Shown here in pieces: positions 29,333 through 38,867 of a stretch of 64,000 nt of DNA. The DNA comes from Polyangiales bacterium (GTDB taxonomy: Bacteria; Myxococcota_A; Polyangia; Polyangiales; Houyiibacteriaceae): positions 1-64,000 of the forward strand of contig JBGCFM010000012.1 in the NCBI GenBank assembly GCA_045106895.1. The letters run 5' to 3'. The notes under the pieces were generated by a model. That model searched no databases. It saw nothing but the letters and a program-made list of their open reading frames with translations, and had not been told where the DNA came from. Numbering within the stretch: the stretch's first letter is position 1; each line of letters starts with the position of its first letter. Position numbers and translations under genes: made by a program.

Positions 29333-30305
29333 TCGGAAACGCCAACGGCGCCCGCTGGCAAAGGAGCGCGGGCTCCGGCGCTAGCTCGATCGCGCGGAGG
29401 ACAAACTCGCTCATCAGCGGCGAGGTCTCGTCTCGAAAAGTGAGGAGCGTGACCAGGGCGAGTCGAACCATCGCGGCATTGGCATCGGCCACTGGCATAG
29501 ACTCAGAAATGAGCGCGCCGCGGTACGCCCAAAAGAGGGACGCGAGGACCGCACCGCGTTCGTGAGGAGACAGAGTTATCTCATCAACCCGTGCCACGTT
29601 CAGGTCGCGCGACCCATCGCGAAACGACTCGCGAGCACCCGTCGCGCTTCCGGTCACGCCGGCGCCGACGATGTCGGCGAACCCCTCATCGATGGCCACG
29701 ACATCGCCGCTCGGAAAACGCGGTGTGGGATCAGAGTGAAACGAAAGCGCGTGGGCGAACTCGTGAGCGACGACGGCGCGATTGCAAGCGAGAGGCAATG
29801 CATCGATGTCATTTTCCGGCGCGACAAGAAACCAGTTGGCGCCACGCACGTACGCCATGTTGTCCGTGAAATCACCGAGCTGCGCGGAGCTCACTTGAGG
29901 GTGGAGAAACACGTCGTAGGGCGGGTTGTGTTCGATGCCCGGGACATCGAGTTCGGCGATGTACTCCGACGACGCATCGAGGTGATGTATGACGCAAAGC
30001 GCGAGCAACGTGAGGTAGTCCGTCGGTACGAGGGATCCGTCGGCGGCGCGTTCAACCCGGGCTTGAAGCGGCTCCGCCTCCTCACGCACCTGGGGTCCGC
30101 CCATGAAGCTCAGCTCACCACCAAAGAACACTCGAATATCCCTTGTTTCCAGGGGTCTAAGCGACGTCAAAGGCAGCGCGACGCTCTCCGCCTCATACCC
30201 GTTCGGGCCGTAGGAGAGCACCTGCACGTGCTCGCTCTGTCCAACGTCGGGAATGCACCCCAGAACGAGGAGAACAGCGCAGAGAGTCAGAATGGAAAGA
30301 CGCAC
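29301..30305 (-). CDS. Lipoprotein zinc metallopeptidase (gluzincin, M4/M36-like)
   Basis: Lipobox VLGC; DNMAY, VVAHEFAH, IDEGFAD. Confidence 0.8.
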   Translation of the reverse strand: MRLSILTLCAVLLVLGCIPDVGQSEHVQVLSYGPNGYEAESVALPLTSLRPLETRDIRVFFGGELSFMGGPQVREEAEPLQARVERAADGSLVPTDYLTLLALCVIHHLDASSEYIAELDVPGIEHNPPYDVFLHPQVSSAQLGDFTDNMAYVRGANWFLVAPENDIDALPLACNRAVVAHEFAHALSFHSDPTPRFPSGDVVAIDEGFADIVGAGVTGSATGARESFRDGSRDLNVARVDEITLSPHERGAVLASLFWAYRGALISESMPVADANAAMVRLALVTLLTFRDETSPLMSEFVLRAIELAPEPALLCQRAPLAFPSEEVALACAN

Positions 30306-30359
30306 GCGTCATCGTCAACGGACGATGACGGTGCGTCAAATGAACCGTTCGGTTGAGGC

Positions 30360-30941
30360 TTATTCGTCCGGGCGTGCTTCGGTACCCACCACGCGCGCAA
30401 CCAGCTCGACGCGAGAGTGCACTCCGAGCTTCGCGAACACCCGTTTTAGGTAGGTGTTGACGGTGGAAACCGTGAGCCCAGCGTCGCTGGCGATCTGCTT
30501 TGTGCTGCGTCCCGAAACGAGGAGTTCGACGATGTGTCGCTCTCTTGGCGTCAAAGAAGTTCGAGCGAGCGAAGCACGAATCGATGGACCTCGACGGCGG
30601 CCTGCGTCCTTCGCAAGACGGCCTGCGTAATCAAGCCCACGTCCCAAGATTCGTGCAGCCCAACGCGCAATACGAAGGGACTCATCGTCGAGCCGCTCTT
30701 TGTCTTCGACGTAAAGGTGAATCGTCCCAACGACGTCACGTCCGACGCGCACGGGCAGAGACACGCTTGGCCGCCCAGCAACCTCCCCGGACGTCAGCGT
30801 GGACTCTCCCTCACGCTCAAGCCGCCAGTGCGATGCACCGACACATTTCGCCACCCCCGATGCCCCTCGGCTCGGATATGTGCGTACCGGGTCGAGGAGA
30901 AAACAATCCTCCACCCCTTCCATTCTCTGGAGCACCATCAA
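30360..30941 (-). CDS. LuxR-family transcriptional regulator with GAF-like N-terminus
   Basis: LTPRERHIVELLVSGRSTKQIA...TVNTYLKRVFAKLGVHSRVEL. Confidence 0.88.
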   Translation of the reverse strand: MMVLQRMEGVEDCFLLDPVRTYPSRGASGVAKCVGASHWRLEREGESTLTSGEVAGRPSVSLPVRVGRDVVGTIHLYVEDKERLDDESLRIARWAARILGRGLDYAGRLAKDAGRRRGPSIRASLARTSLTPRERHIVELLVSGRSTKQIASDAGLTVSTVNTYLKRVFAKLGVHSRVELVARVVGTEARPDE

Positions 30942-31165
30942 ATTTTCCCCCTGTCCCAGTGAAAACCTAGAGGGAGGTCGGTCTAAAGGTCAACGCCACC
31001 GTTCATGGACGTCTGGCCCACTTGGGTGGCCTCTGTGGGGCATCCGCACACAGCCCAAACTCGGCTCAGCCGGTCCGTGCCACCGATGAATCGGCGGATG
31101 GCTGGTTTCACGCCCCTCAAACGATAATAGCCCGATCGTTGGGCTCATTTGATAAGCTGCCGTCA

Positions 31166-31648
31166 ATGGAACCGGCTGCCATTCCTCGTCAGGCCTTGGA
31201 CGCTCTCGCGAGCATCCATCTTTTCCGAGGAATTGCGCCCGCGGGTCTACGTGAGATCGCGGCCATCGCCAGTGAAGAGAGTCACCGTTTGGGTGATGTG
31301 ATCTTCCACGAAGGAGACGCCGGCCGAGCGCTCTACCTCATCTTGGACGGCAAAGTTCGAATCTCGCGTGAAGTGAGCGGAATGGGCGAGGAAGCGCTGG
31401 CTGTGCTCAACGCGGGTGATGCCTTTGGCGAAATGGCCCTCATCGACGAGACGCCGCGTAGCGCGGACGCACGTGTCCATGAGCGCTGTCGTCTCTTGGT
31501 GATCTCGAAGGATGCCCTGGAAGACTTGCTCTTCCTCCACAAGGACTTGGCATACGAGATCCTCTGGAACTTTGTGAAGATCTTGTCCTCGCGGCTTCGG
31601 GAGACGAATGACAAGATGACCTTCCTGTCCGTCACGGGGAAGTTCTAG
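31166..31648 (+). CDS. Stand-alone cyclic-nucleotide-binding domain protein
   Basis: IFHEGD, LYLILDGKVRI, GDAFGEMAL, PRSADA; no HTH. Confidence 0.92.
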   Translation: MEPAAIPRQALDALASIHLFRGIAPAGLREIAAIASEESHRLGDVIFHEGDAGRALYLILDGKVRISREVSGMGEEALAVLNAGDAFGEMALIDETPRSADARVHERCRLLVISKDALEDLLFLHKDLAYEILWNFVKILSSRLRETNDKMTFLSVTGKF

Positions 31649-31743
31649 CCATGTTCAAATTCCAACGACTCTTCTCGGATTCTCATTTGGGCTCGCCAAA
31701 CGGCTACGAACGCTCGTAGCGACGACGCCCCTGTGGAAACAAC

Positions 31744-33114
31744 ATGCGGCTGGCCGCCCTTCTAGGACCTGACCTAAAAGCTCTCACCGGCGATCCCGAA
31801 GCTCTTCGGGAGGCCTTCGATGAGTTTCACCCTGAAGACGTCGCCGAGCTCCTGGAGGACCTTCCGGCGCTCGACCTCGTTGAGATCATCGACGCGCTCT
31901 CGCCGGAGACCGGCGCGGACATCGTCGGGCGTCTGAGCCCTGAGCGCCAGCAGGAGGTGATGGAGGCTCTGGGCATCGCCGCCGCAGCCGAGCTCCTCGG
32001 CGAGATGGATCCCGACGACCGCGCTGACTACGTCGGCGACCTCGGTCGTGAGCAGCGCACCACGCTCCTGGACGAGCTGGCCAAAACGGACGCCGAAGCA
32101 GCGGACGAAACGCGTGAGCTGCTCGCCTTCGATGAGGAGACGGCGGGCGGTCTGATGACCACCGAATACGTCGGCCTCGATCCTGAGACGAAGGCGTGGG
32201 AGGCCATCGAGCAGCTTCGCAAGATCGCCCGCGAGGATGACGCCGAGACCATCTACCTCATCTACGTCGTCGGGTTTGGCGAGAAGCTCCTTGGTGTCGT
32301 CTCGCTTCGTGATCTCATCCTGAGTGACCCTGCACAGACCTTGGCGGACATCATGACGGAGAACGTCTTGTCCATCCGCGCGGACGAAGACCAAGAAGAA
32401 GTCGCCAAGACCTTCGCCCGTTACGACCTCAACGCGATCCCCGTCGTCGACGAACGAAACACCATGCTTGGTCTTGTCACCGTCGATGACGTCGTCGATG
32501 TCGTCATCGAAGAGGCGACGGAAGACGCGCAGATGATGGGCGGCGTCGTCCCCCTGGAAGACTCATACTTCCAGACACGTTTTCGTGAGCTGGTGTGGAA
32601 ACGCGGCGCATGGCTCATCGTGCTCTTCTTGGGCCAGCTCCTCACCGCCACGGTGATGGAAGCCAACCAGAGCGTGCTCGCGTCCACGCAGGCGCTGGCG
32701 ATCTTCATCCCGCTCATCATCAGCTCCGGCGGCAACGCCGGCTCCCAGTCGTCCACGCTCATCATTCGCGCGATGGCCCTCGGCGAGGCGCAGCCCAGTG
32801 ACTGGCTCCGGGTCTTTTGGCGCGAGCTTCTCGTCGGCCTCGCCCTCGGGTTCATTCTCAGCTTGATGGGCTTTGCCCGCGCGTTCTTCGCCGGTGGAGA
32901 CGTGAGCGCGATCCACCTCGCGACGGTGGTCTCGGCGAGCATCCTCGCCATCGTCACGCTCTCAACGGTCATCGGCTCGCTCCTGCCGATGCTCATTCAG
33001 CGCGCAGGTCTCGACCCCGCCGTCAGCTCCACTCCGTTCATCGCTTCCGTCGTCGACGTCCTTGGGCTCATCGTCTACTTCGGCCTCGCCGTGGTGATCC
33101 TCGGCCTCATCTAA
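31744..33114 (+). CDS. mgtE: Magnesium transporter MgtE
   Basis: N-domain, CBS pair (TAGGLMT, GVVSLRDL), GGNAGSQ, DPAVSSTPFIASVVD. Confidence 0.97.
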   Translation: MRLAALLGPDLKALTGDPEALREAFDEFHPEDVAELLEDLPALDLVEIIDALSPETGADIVGRLSPERQQEVMEALGIAAAAELLGEMDPDDRADYVGDLGREQRTTLLDELAKTDAEAADETRELLAFDEETAGGLMTTEYVGLDPETKAWEAIEQLRKIAREDDAETIYLIYVVGFGEKLLGVVSLRDLILSDPAQTLADIMTENVLSIRADEDQEEVAKTFARYDLNAIPVVDERNTMLGLVTVDDVVDVVIEEATEDAQMMGGVVPLEDSYFQTRFRELVWKRGAWLIVLFLGQLLTATVMEANQSVLASTQALAIFIPLIISSGGNAGSQSSTLIIRAMALGEAQPSDWLRVFWRELLVGLALGFILSLMGFARAFFAGGDVSAIHLATVVSASILAIVTLSTVIGSLLPMLIQRAGLDPAVSSTPFIASVVDVLGLIVYFGLAVVILGLI

Positions 33115-33128
33115 GTCAGCCCGCGCTT

Positions 33129-34130
33129 CTACTCGCGCGTGATGCTGTACACGAGGAGACCGCCGGCGCCGCCTGCAACGATTCGACGTGTTCCGTCGAG
33201 AGCGATACCCCGCCCCGTCGCGCCGGCTGCGCGTCCCAACAGAGCACCGGTCGCCGTATCAAAGAGCGCGACGCCTTGGGCAAAGCCGAGAACAGCCGTC
33301 CATGGTCCGACCATGGACAAGCCCACTGGGTCATCCTCGATGGTGTCGTAGGCAAGCGTTCGCAGCGTGCTGCCGTCAGTGCTGTAGAGCGTCGTCGTGT
33401 CCAATACTGTGCCCGCGAGGACGCCTTCCGAGGAGCCGTACAGAGCGCGAGCGTCGATGGAGAGGGTTCGCCCTTCGGCGAGGGTTGTCGCGTCGTAGAC
33501 CGCCACCGTGTACTCCGCCTCGGCTTCCCGCAGAACAAAGACCTCGCTGCCCGCGAGGACAGCGTCGATTCCGCCGACCACCGGCGTGGTGGCGGAGACG
33601 GCGCCGCTTGCGTCGATGCGTTCGACGGCGTCTCGGCTAACGCGGATAAAATCGTCGCCCGCCGCGATGACGGACGAGGTGCGTCCGTCGAGCGTCGCGA
33701 CCTCCGTGCCGCTTTCGTCGAAGAGCACGAGGCCTTCGAACCGTCCGACGGCGATGCGTTCGCCGGCCCACGCCATCGCGTCTTCCATGACGAGGCTACC
33801 GGTTCCAAACTCAGCGATCTCTGTGGCATCGCCTGAGTCGAGGTCGAACACGACGATTCGTCCGTCCCAGCCCGATGCGACGGCGCGCCCGCCGTCGGGT
33901 GAGAGCGCAATGGCTTGAACCGACGCTTCGGCGGCTCCGTCAAAGGTGAGAGTTGCCGGACTAGCGAGGACGAGGTCTCCCTCCGAGTCGGCGTCCGTTG
34001 CCTCATCTGCGTCGTTCTCGCTCACGTCGGTGCCAGCACTGTCCGTTTCCACGACATCTGGAGAAGGCGGGTCCGTGTCTTCGCAAGAGCAGCCGCAAAG
34101 TACGAGGCAGAGAAGAAGTCGTTCTGTCAT
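33129..34130 (-). CDS. WD40/beta-propeller lipoprotein
   Basis: Lipobox-like LCGC; IALSPDGGRAVASGWDGRIVVFD blade. Confidence 0.75.
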   Translation of the reverse strand: MTERLLLCLVLCGCSCEDTDPPSPDVVETDSAGTDVSENDADEATDADSEGDLVLASPATLTFDGAAEASVQAIALSPDGGRAVASGWDGRIVVFDLDSGDATEIAEFGTGSLVMEDAMAWAGERIAVGRFEGLVLFDESGTEVATLDGRTSSVIAAGDDFIRVSRDAVERIDASGAVSATTPVVGGIDAVLAGSEVFVLREAEAEYTVAVYDATTLAEGRTLSIDARALYGSSEGVLAGTVLDTTTLYSTDGSTLRTLAYDTIEDDPVGLSMVGPWTAVLGFAQGVALFDTATGALLGRAAGATGRGIALDGTRRIVAGGAGGLLVYSITRE

Positions 34131-34209
34131 GTCGCTACGGTACTCGGATTTGTCCCTCGGATGGGAAAAGTGGCGCGTAGGCGGAGGTGGTTGGCGCGTA
34201 CGCGGTGCC

Positions 34210-35070
34210 ATGACAAACTTTGACGTGCGCAGCAGCTCGTCGGAAATCCAGGCGTTCTTCGAAGACCCTTTCGGCTTGGTGTTGACTCGGCCTGCCTACT
34301 ATTGCGCGTTCACCGAAGCCGGAACCTTTGGGATGGTCGCGAATGGCGATGTTGGCGAGGATGTCATTCTCGATTTCATCGAAGTCCTTGAGGCCGCTCC
34401 TCGCACCCTCGGACGACGGAGGCAGTACATCGACCTTCGTCGAGTTCGCTCATACTCACGAGGTGCGATGGACGCGCTCATGAGCTTCTATGAGGAGAGC
34501 GCAAGGAGCACCTCACGCTTTTCGGAGCAGGTGAAAAAGGAAGCCGTCGTCCGCCCCGGAGGAGCGCTCGGAGCCTTCGCGGAGGGGTTCTTTCGGACCA
34601 ACGTAATGCCCTTCGAGACCCGAGTGTTTCTTGAGGAGGAGCCGGCCTTCGCATGGCTTGAAGACCCACTTGGCTGGGGCGATGTACTGGACGGATTCTT
34701 TGCGAAGGGTGGAGGACACCTAACAAGACTTGAGAAGCTGATTCGTTCGAAAGGGCACTCTGCAACCCTCGCCGAGTGCGCCCGAAACCTCGGCGCCTCC
34801 ACGCGGACCTTGCAGCGTCACCTTCAGCGAGGCGGCGAGAGTTTCCGTGTCGTTCGGCAGCGTGTCTTGGTCGCGGAAGCAAAACGACTTCTCCTCGAAA
34901 CCTCCGCGCCGGTCAAAGTGGTGGCCATCGAGCTCGGGTTCACGAGCCCACGACGCTTTACCGAGACCTTTCGTCGAGAAGCCGGCATGTCTCCGAGCGA
35001 ATACCGGTCCCAGGCGACGGCCCGCGCCAGGCAGGGCGAAAGCGCCGAGCTCCACCGGGCTTCTTCCTAG
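34210..35070 (+). CDS. AraC-family transcriptional regulator
   Basis: ARNLGASTRTLQRHL, VAIELGFTSPRRFTETFRREAGMSPSEYR. Confidence 0.92.
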   Translation: MTNFDVRSSSSEIQAFFEDPFGLVLTRPAYYCAFTEAGTFGMVANGDVGEDVILDFIEVLEAAPRTLGRRRQYIDLRRVRSYSRGAMDALMSFYEESARSTSRFSEQVKKEAVVRPGGALGAFAEGFFRTNVMPFETRVFLEEEPAFAWLEDPLGWGDVLDGFFAKGGGHLTRLEKLIRSKGHSATLAECARNLGASTRTLQRHLQRGGESFRVVRQRVLVAEAKRLLLETSAPVKVVAIELGFTSPRRFTETFRREAGMSPSEYRSQATARARQGESAELHRASS

Positions 35071-35115
35071 AGCGGACCACCGGCGGATCGACGCCGATCA
35101 TGCTAAGCGCGGGGC

Positions 35116-36603
35116 ATGAACCTCAACGATCTCAAACGAGAACTCAACGAAATCAGCGATCTTAAGTCTGTCGCCAACGTTCTCGAGTGGGACCAACTGA
35201 CCTACCTGCCCAAAGGCGGAGAGCACGCACGCGGACGACAGCTCGGTCTCGTGAGTCGCATTTTGCACGAGCGGCGCTCGTCTCCCGCTCTTTCGAAGCT
35301 CGTCGATGAGGCCCAAGCGATGGCCGACGAGGACAGCGTAGACGGAGCGATCGTGCGACGCGCGCGCCGTATGGTCGAGCGCGCGCAGCGAGTCCCCGCG
35401 GAGCTTCAATCCGAGATCACGGCCCACACCTCGCGCATGTACGGCGAGTGGGTCGTCGCGAAGAAGGACAACGACTTCGAGCGAATTCGGCCGCTCCTTG
35501 AGAAGAACGTGGAGCTCAGCCGCCGCTACGCGGATCACTTCGACTTTGCCCACCCCGCAGACGCGTTCATCGACGAGAATGACCCAGGAATGAGCGCGGA
35601 GTCCATTCGCTCGCTCTTCAGCTCGCTCCGAAAAGAGCTCGTTCCAATCGTCCACACGCTTCTGGCTGCGACGCCGCCCGACGCTTCTTTCCTTGAACGC
35701 GACTTTCCCCACGACGCGCAGCTGAAGTTCGCGGACTACATCGCGCGCGCCGTTGGCTACGATTTCGATCGCGGACGACAAGATCTGACCGCTCACCCTT
35801 TCATGATTCGTTTCTCCGGCGGCGATATCCGTATCACCACGCGCGTGGGCTCAGACCCAACGGGCGCGATCTTTGGGACCATTCATGAGTCCGGCCACGC
35901 GCTCTACGAACAGGGCATCGACGCGGCGCTGGACGGTACGCCTCTCGGCTCCGGCACCTCGACGGGCGTACATGAAAGCCAGTCTCGGCTCTGGGAGAAC
36001 ATTGTCGGGCGCAGCTCGTCTTTTTGGGCGCGTCACTACCCGGCACTCGTCGAGCACTTCCCCAAGGCGCTCGGCGACATCTCGCTCACGGACTTTCATC
36101 GCACCATCAACCGCGTCCACCGTTCACTGAAGCGCGTGGAGTCCGACGAGGTGAGCTACAACCTTCACGTCATGCTTCGCTTTGACCTGGAGCTTGAGGT
36201 CCTCGAGGGCAAACTCGCCATCGCCGACCTTCCCGAGGCGTGGAATGCACGCATGAAGAGCGACCTTGGCATCGACGTGCCGAGCGACGCCGACGGTTGC
36301 CTCCAAGATGTTCACTGGTACTGCATGCCCTTTGGAGGTTCGTTCCAGGGATACACCTTGGGCAACTTGATGAGCGCACAGTTCTACGAGACGGCGCACA
36401 AGGGACCCGGCGTGAGCGACGCTCTCGAGAGCGGTGACACGGCGCCGCTTCGCCAGTGGCTCACAGAGAACGTCTACACCCACGGCGGTCGCTACATGCC
36501 CGACGAGCTGGTTGAGCGCGTCACGGGGCGCCCGTTGAGCGCCGATAGTTTCCTCTCTTACCTACGCGGCAAGTACGGAGCACTCTACGGCGTCGACCTC
36601 TAG
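35116..36603 (+). CDS. Carboxypeptidase Taq (M32)
   Basis: HPF, DIRITTR, HESGHALYEQG, HESQSR, GCLQDVHW. Confidence 0.97.
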   Translation: MNLNDLKRELNEISDLKSVANVLEWDQLTYLPKGGEHARGRQLGLVSRILHERRSSPALSKLVDEAQAMADEDSVDGAIVRRARRMVERAQRVPAELQSEITAHTSRMYGEWVVAKKDNDFERIRPLLEKNVELSRRYADHFDFAHPADAFIDENDPGMSAESIRSLFSSLRKELVPIVHTLLAATPPDASFLERDFPHDAQLKFADYIARAVGYDFDRGRQDLTAHPFMIRFSGGDIRITTRVGSDPTGAIFGTIHESGHALYEQGIDAALDGTPLGSGTSTGVHESQSRLWENIVGRSSSFWARHYPALVEHFPKALGDISLTDFHRTINRVHRSLKRVESDEVSYNLHVMLRFDLELEVLEGKLAIADLPEAWNARMKSDLGIDVPSDADGCLQDVHWYCMPFGGSFQGYTLGNLMSAQFYETAHKGPGVSDALESGDTAPLRQWLTENVYTHGGRYMPDELVERVTGRPLSADSFLSYLRGKYGALYGVDL

Positions 36604-36620
36604 CCGCTCCTCGGTCCGCT

Positions 36621-36665
36621 CAACGAGAAACGCCGGCCCCGAAAGGGTGCCGGCGTTCTTCGTTG
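36621..36665. terminator. Probable bidirectional terminator between convergent genes
   Basis: CAACGA-GAA-ACGCCGGC-CCC-GAAA-GGG-T-GCCGGCGT-TCT-TCGTTG long hairpin. Confidence 0.8.
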
Positions 36666-36681
36666 TTGGTTCCGTTTTAGA

Positions 36682-37818
36682 CTAGCAGAAGCTGCAATCC
36701 ATCGAGCTTCCGGTCGGGCACTCGCCGCAGGTGTTCGTCATGACGGCTTCGCCGCAGCAACCTGTGTCGTCGACAACGAAGCAACCGAGGGGTGGAGCAG
36801 GACGCGCCTCGTCACCGGGAGGCGCTGCGCCTGGCTCAGGCTCCGGGTCGGTGGAGAGGGGTTGCTGGATGTCGACGCACTCACCTTCGTTGATGGTGCC
36901 TTCTGGACACATGCCACAGCCGTTTGCTTCGACCGCTGCGCCGCAGCAGCCGCCGCCGACGTTGACGCGACAGCTGGTGGGGGGAGCAGGGAAGAAGTCA
37001 GCGTCGCCGGAACAGCTGTCCGCCGAGATGCTTCCGGCGGGGCACATGCCGCAGATGTTCGCCGCAACGTCGCCACCGCAGCAGCCGCCGCCGAGGTCTT
37101 CACGGCACTGGAACTCTGGAGGCATGATCGGTCGCGCTGGGTCTTCGGGGGCACCGGCCATGGGCGCGCACTCGGATGCGGGAACGCTTCCTTCTGGACA
37201 CATGCCACAAGCCACCGAGTCAACACTGTCGCCACAGCAGCCGCCGCCGAGGTCTGCGAAGCAGCTAGGAGCGATGATGCCTGGGGCCTCAGCGTCGCCG
37301 TCGATCTGGCCGCAATCCGATTCGCGAATGCTACCGGGTGCGCAGCCGCACATGCCTTCGCTGCCGACGATCTCGCCGCAGCATCCGTTGCCAAGGTCAG
37401 CGCGGCAGGCGGGTGGAGGAGCTGGGTCTTCTTCTGGAGCGCGGATTCGGCGAGCGTCGTCACAGCCGCAACTCGGGAACGAGTCGGTGCACGAGTCAGC
37501 CGGTACAGAACCCTCTGGGCAGGTGTCGCAGCTCGTCGTGAAGACGGCGTCGCCACAGCAGCCGGCGCCTACATCTACGCGACACGCGATGGGCGTCTCG
37601 CACCCGGTTGTACATCCCGTCGTGCGACAGGAGCTTTCCGTTACCGTGCCTGCAGGGCAGGACTCGCAAACCGATATCTCGCTTCCCACACCATCACAGC
37701 AACCCAGTGAATCGACGGGCGCGCAGACTTGGCGCTCAAGGCATCGGTCTTCAGGCGTCGTCGAGGCTGTGAAACAGCCAAACAAGAACACGGGTAGTAG
37801 GGCTAAGATTTGTTTCAT
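36682..37818 (-). CDS. Lipoprotein of 7 tandem 6-Cys modules
   Basis: Lipobox LFGC; C-x7-CC-x8-C-x2-CPxG(S/T)-x5-C units separated by Pro-rich linkers. Confidence 0.88.
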   Translation of the reverse strand: MKQILALLPVFLFGCFTASTTPEDRCLERQVCAPVDSLGCCDGVGSEISVCESCPAGTVTESSCRTTGCTTGCETPIACRVDVGAGCCGDAVFTTSCDTCPEGSVPADSCTDSFPSCGCDDARRIRAPEEDPAPPPACRADLGNGCCGEIVGSEGMCGCAPGSIRESDCGQIDGDAEAPGIIAPSCFADLGGGCCGDSVDSVACGMCPEGSVPASECAPMAGAPEDPARPIMPPEFQCREDLGGGCCGGDVAANICGMCPAGSISADSCSGDADFFPAPPTSCRVNVGGGCCGAAVEANGCGMCPEGTINEGECVDIQQPLSTDPEPEPGAAPPGDEARPAPPLGCFVVDDTGCCGEAVMTNTCGECPTGSSMDCSFC

Positions 37819-37881
37819 GTTTTTTCTCAGAAAGGGTTGGGAGGGGCGCTCGGAGTTTTGAAAGATAGTAGTCGTAGTCGT

Positions 37882-38703
37882 TCAGGGTTCGCAGGCATCG
37901 CACGCGCTGGAGGCGCCTTCGGGACAGCCGCCGCAGGCGCTGGCTTCGACGGGCTCACCACAGCAGCCTTCGGGGGTGAGTTCAAAGCAGACCGCAGGCT
38001 CCGGAAACGCTGCGCGGTCGCCGCTTACATCGTCGCACGTGGAGGCTTCGATGCTTCCCGCTGGGCACTCGGCGGTGCAGGCGTTCGGCGCAACCTCGGA
38101 GCCGCAGCAGCCGCCGCCCAGGTCCTCGCGACAGCTCACCGCAGGAGGAGCGAAACGGTCCTCAGACATCATGTCGCAAGTGTACTGGTCGATGGTTCCG
38201 GAAGGACAGGCGCCGCAGACAGCGGAACTGACGAACGCGCCGCAGCAGCCGCCACCCAAGTCTTCAAAGCACTCACTTGGGGGTGCGACGGCTTCCTGAT
38301 CGGCAGGCGGACGAAACGCACGAATACCGCCGCAGCCACACTCGCCCGGGTAGTCAGCAGTGCAGGTCGAGGCTTCCACGGAACCGGCGGGACACGCGTC
38401 ACAGCTGGTCGTAAACACCGCTTCGCCGCAGCAAGCGGAGCCGTAGTCGACTCGGCAAGAGAGCGGCGTATCGCAGCCCATTCCGCAGCCGGCGGTCCGG
38501 CATGCGCTCTGTTCGATCATCCCTGCGGGACATGAGTCTTGGCAGACCGAGACCTCACGCCCACCACCGGAACAGCACCCGAGGGCATCTGCTGTGACGC
38601 AGCGCCGGGTCTCCACGCACGGATCAGGCTCCGGTGTCCCACTAAAGCAGCCAGCGAAGGCCAGCGCGGAGACGAAGGAGAAAGTGAGTGCAGAGTGGTT
38701 CAT
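37882..38703 (-). CDS. Paralogous lipoprotein of 5 tandem 6-Cys modules
   Basis: Lipobox FAGC; same repeat; collinear first two units (e.g. CCG.AVFTTSCD.CP.GSV). Confidence 0.88.
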   Translation of the reverse strand: MNHSALTFSFVSALAFAGCFSGTPEPDPCVETRRCVTADALGCCSGGGREVSVCQDSCPAGMIEQSACRTAGCGMGCDTPLSCRVDYGSACCGEAVFTTSCDACPAGSVEASTCTADYPGECGCGGIRAFRPPADQEAVAPPSECFEDLGGGCCGAFVSSAVCGACPSGTIDQYTCDMMSEDRFAPPAVSCREDLGGGCCGSEVAPNACTAECPAGSIEASTCDDVSGDRAAFPEPAVCFELTPEGCCGEPVEASACGGCPEGASSACDACEP

Positions 38704-38766
38704 GAATGGGTCCGGTGGGAGTGTTTGTGCCAGCGTGTGCCAGAATGGCTTCCGCTCATAGAATAA

Positions 38767-38782
38767 TGCACTCTGTGTGCCA
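38767..38782 (-). promoter_or_regulatory. Putative sigma54 promoter for the Cys-repeat lipoprotein pair
   Basis: Minus strand TGGCACACAGAGTGCA, GG-N10-GC. Confidence 0.65.
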
Positions 38783-38837
38783 CGCTTGATCCTCGGGGTT
38801 TTTGGTCCATGAGCGGGCGCATCTGACCCGCCTCGTT

Positions 38838-38853
38838 TGGCACGACAGGTGCA
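38838..38853 (+). promoter_or_regulatory. Putative sigma54 promoter for the LTD-dikinase gene
   Basis: TGGCACGACAGGTGCA, GG-N10-GC. Confidence 0.6.
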
Positions 38854-38867
38854 GTTGAGGGTATCCT

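Noticed and set aside
31649..31743. Possible M-box/Mg riboswitch before mgtE
   Set aside because: Only 95 nt with a single small hairpin (GCTACGA/TCGTAGC); too short and lacks the motif
36731..38535. Long repetitive plus-strand ORFs (PQQPPP, AAAAA repeats)
   Set aside because: Antisense readings of the Cys-repeat lipoproteins, which have lipoboxes, a promoter and a terminator
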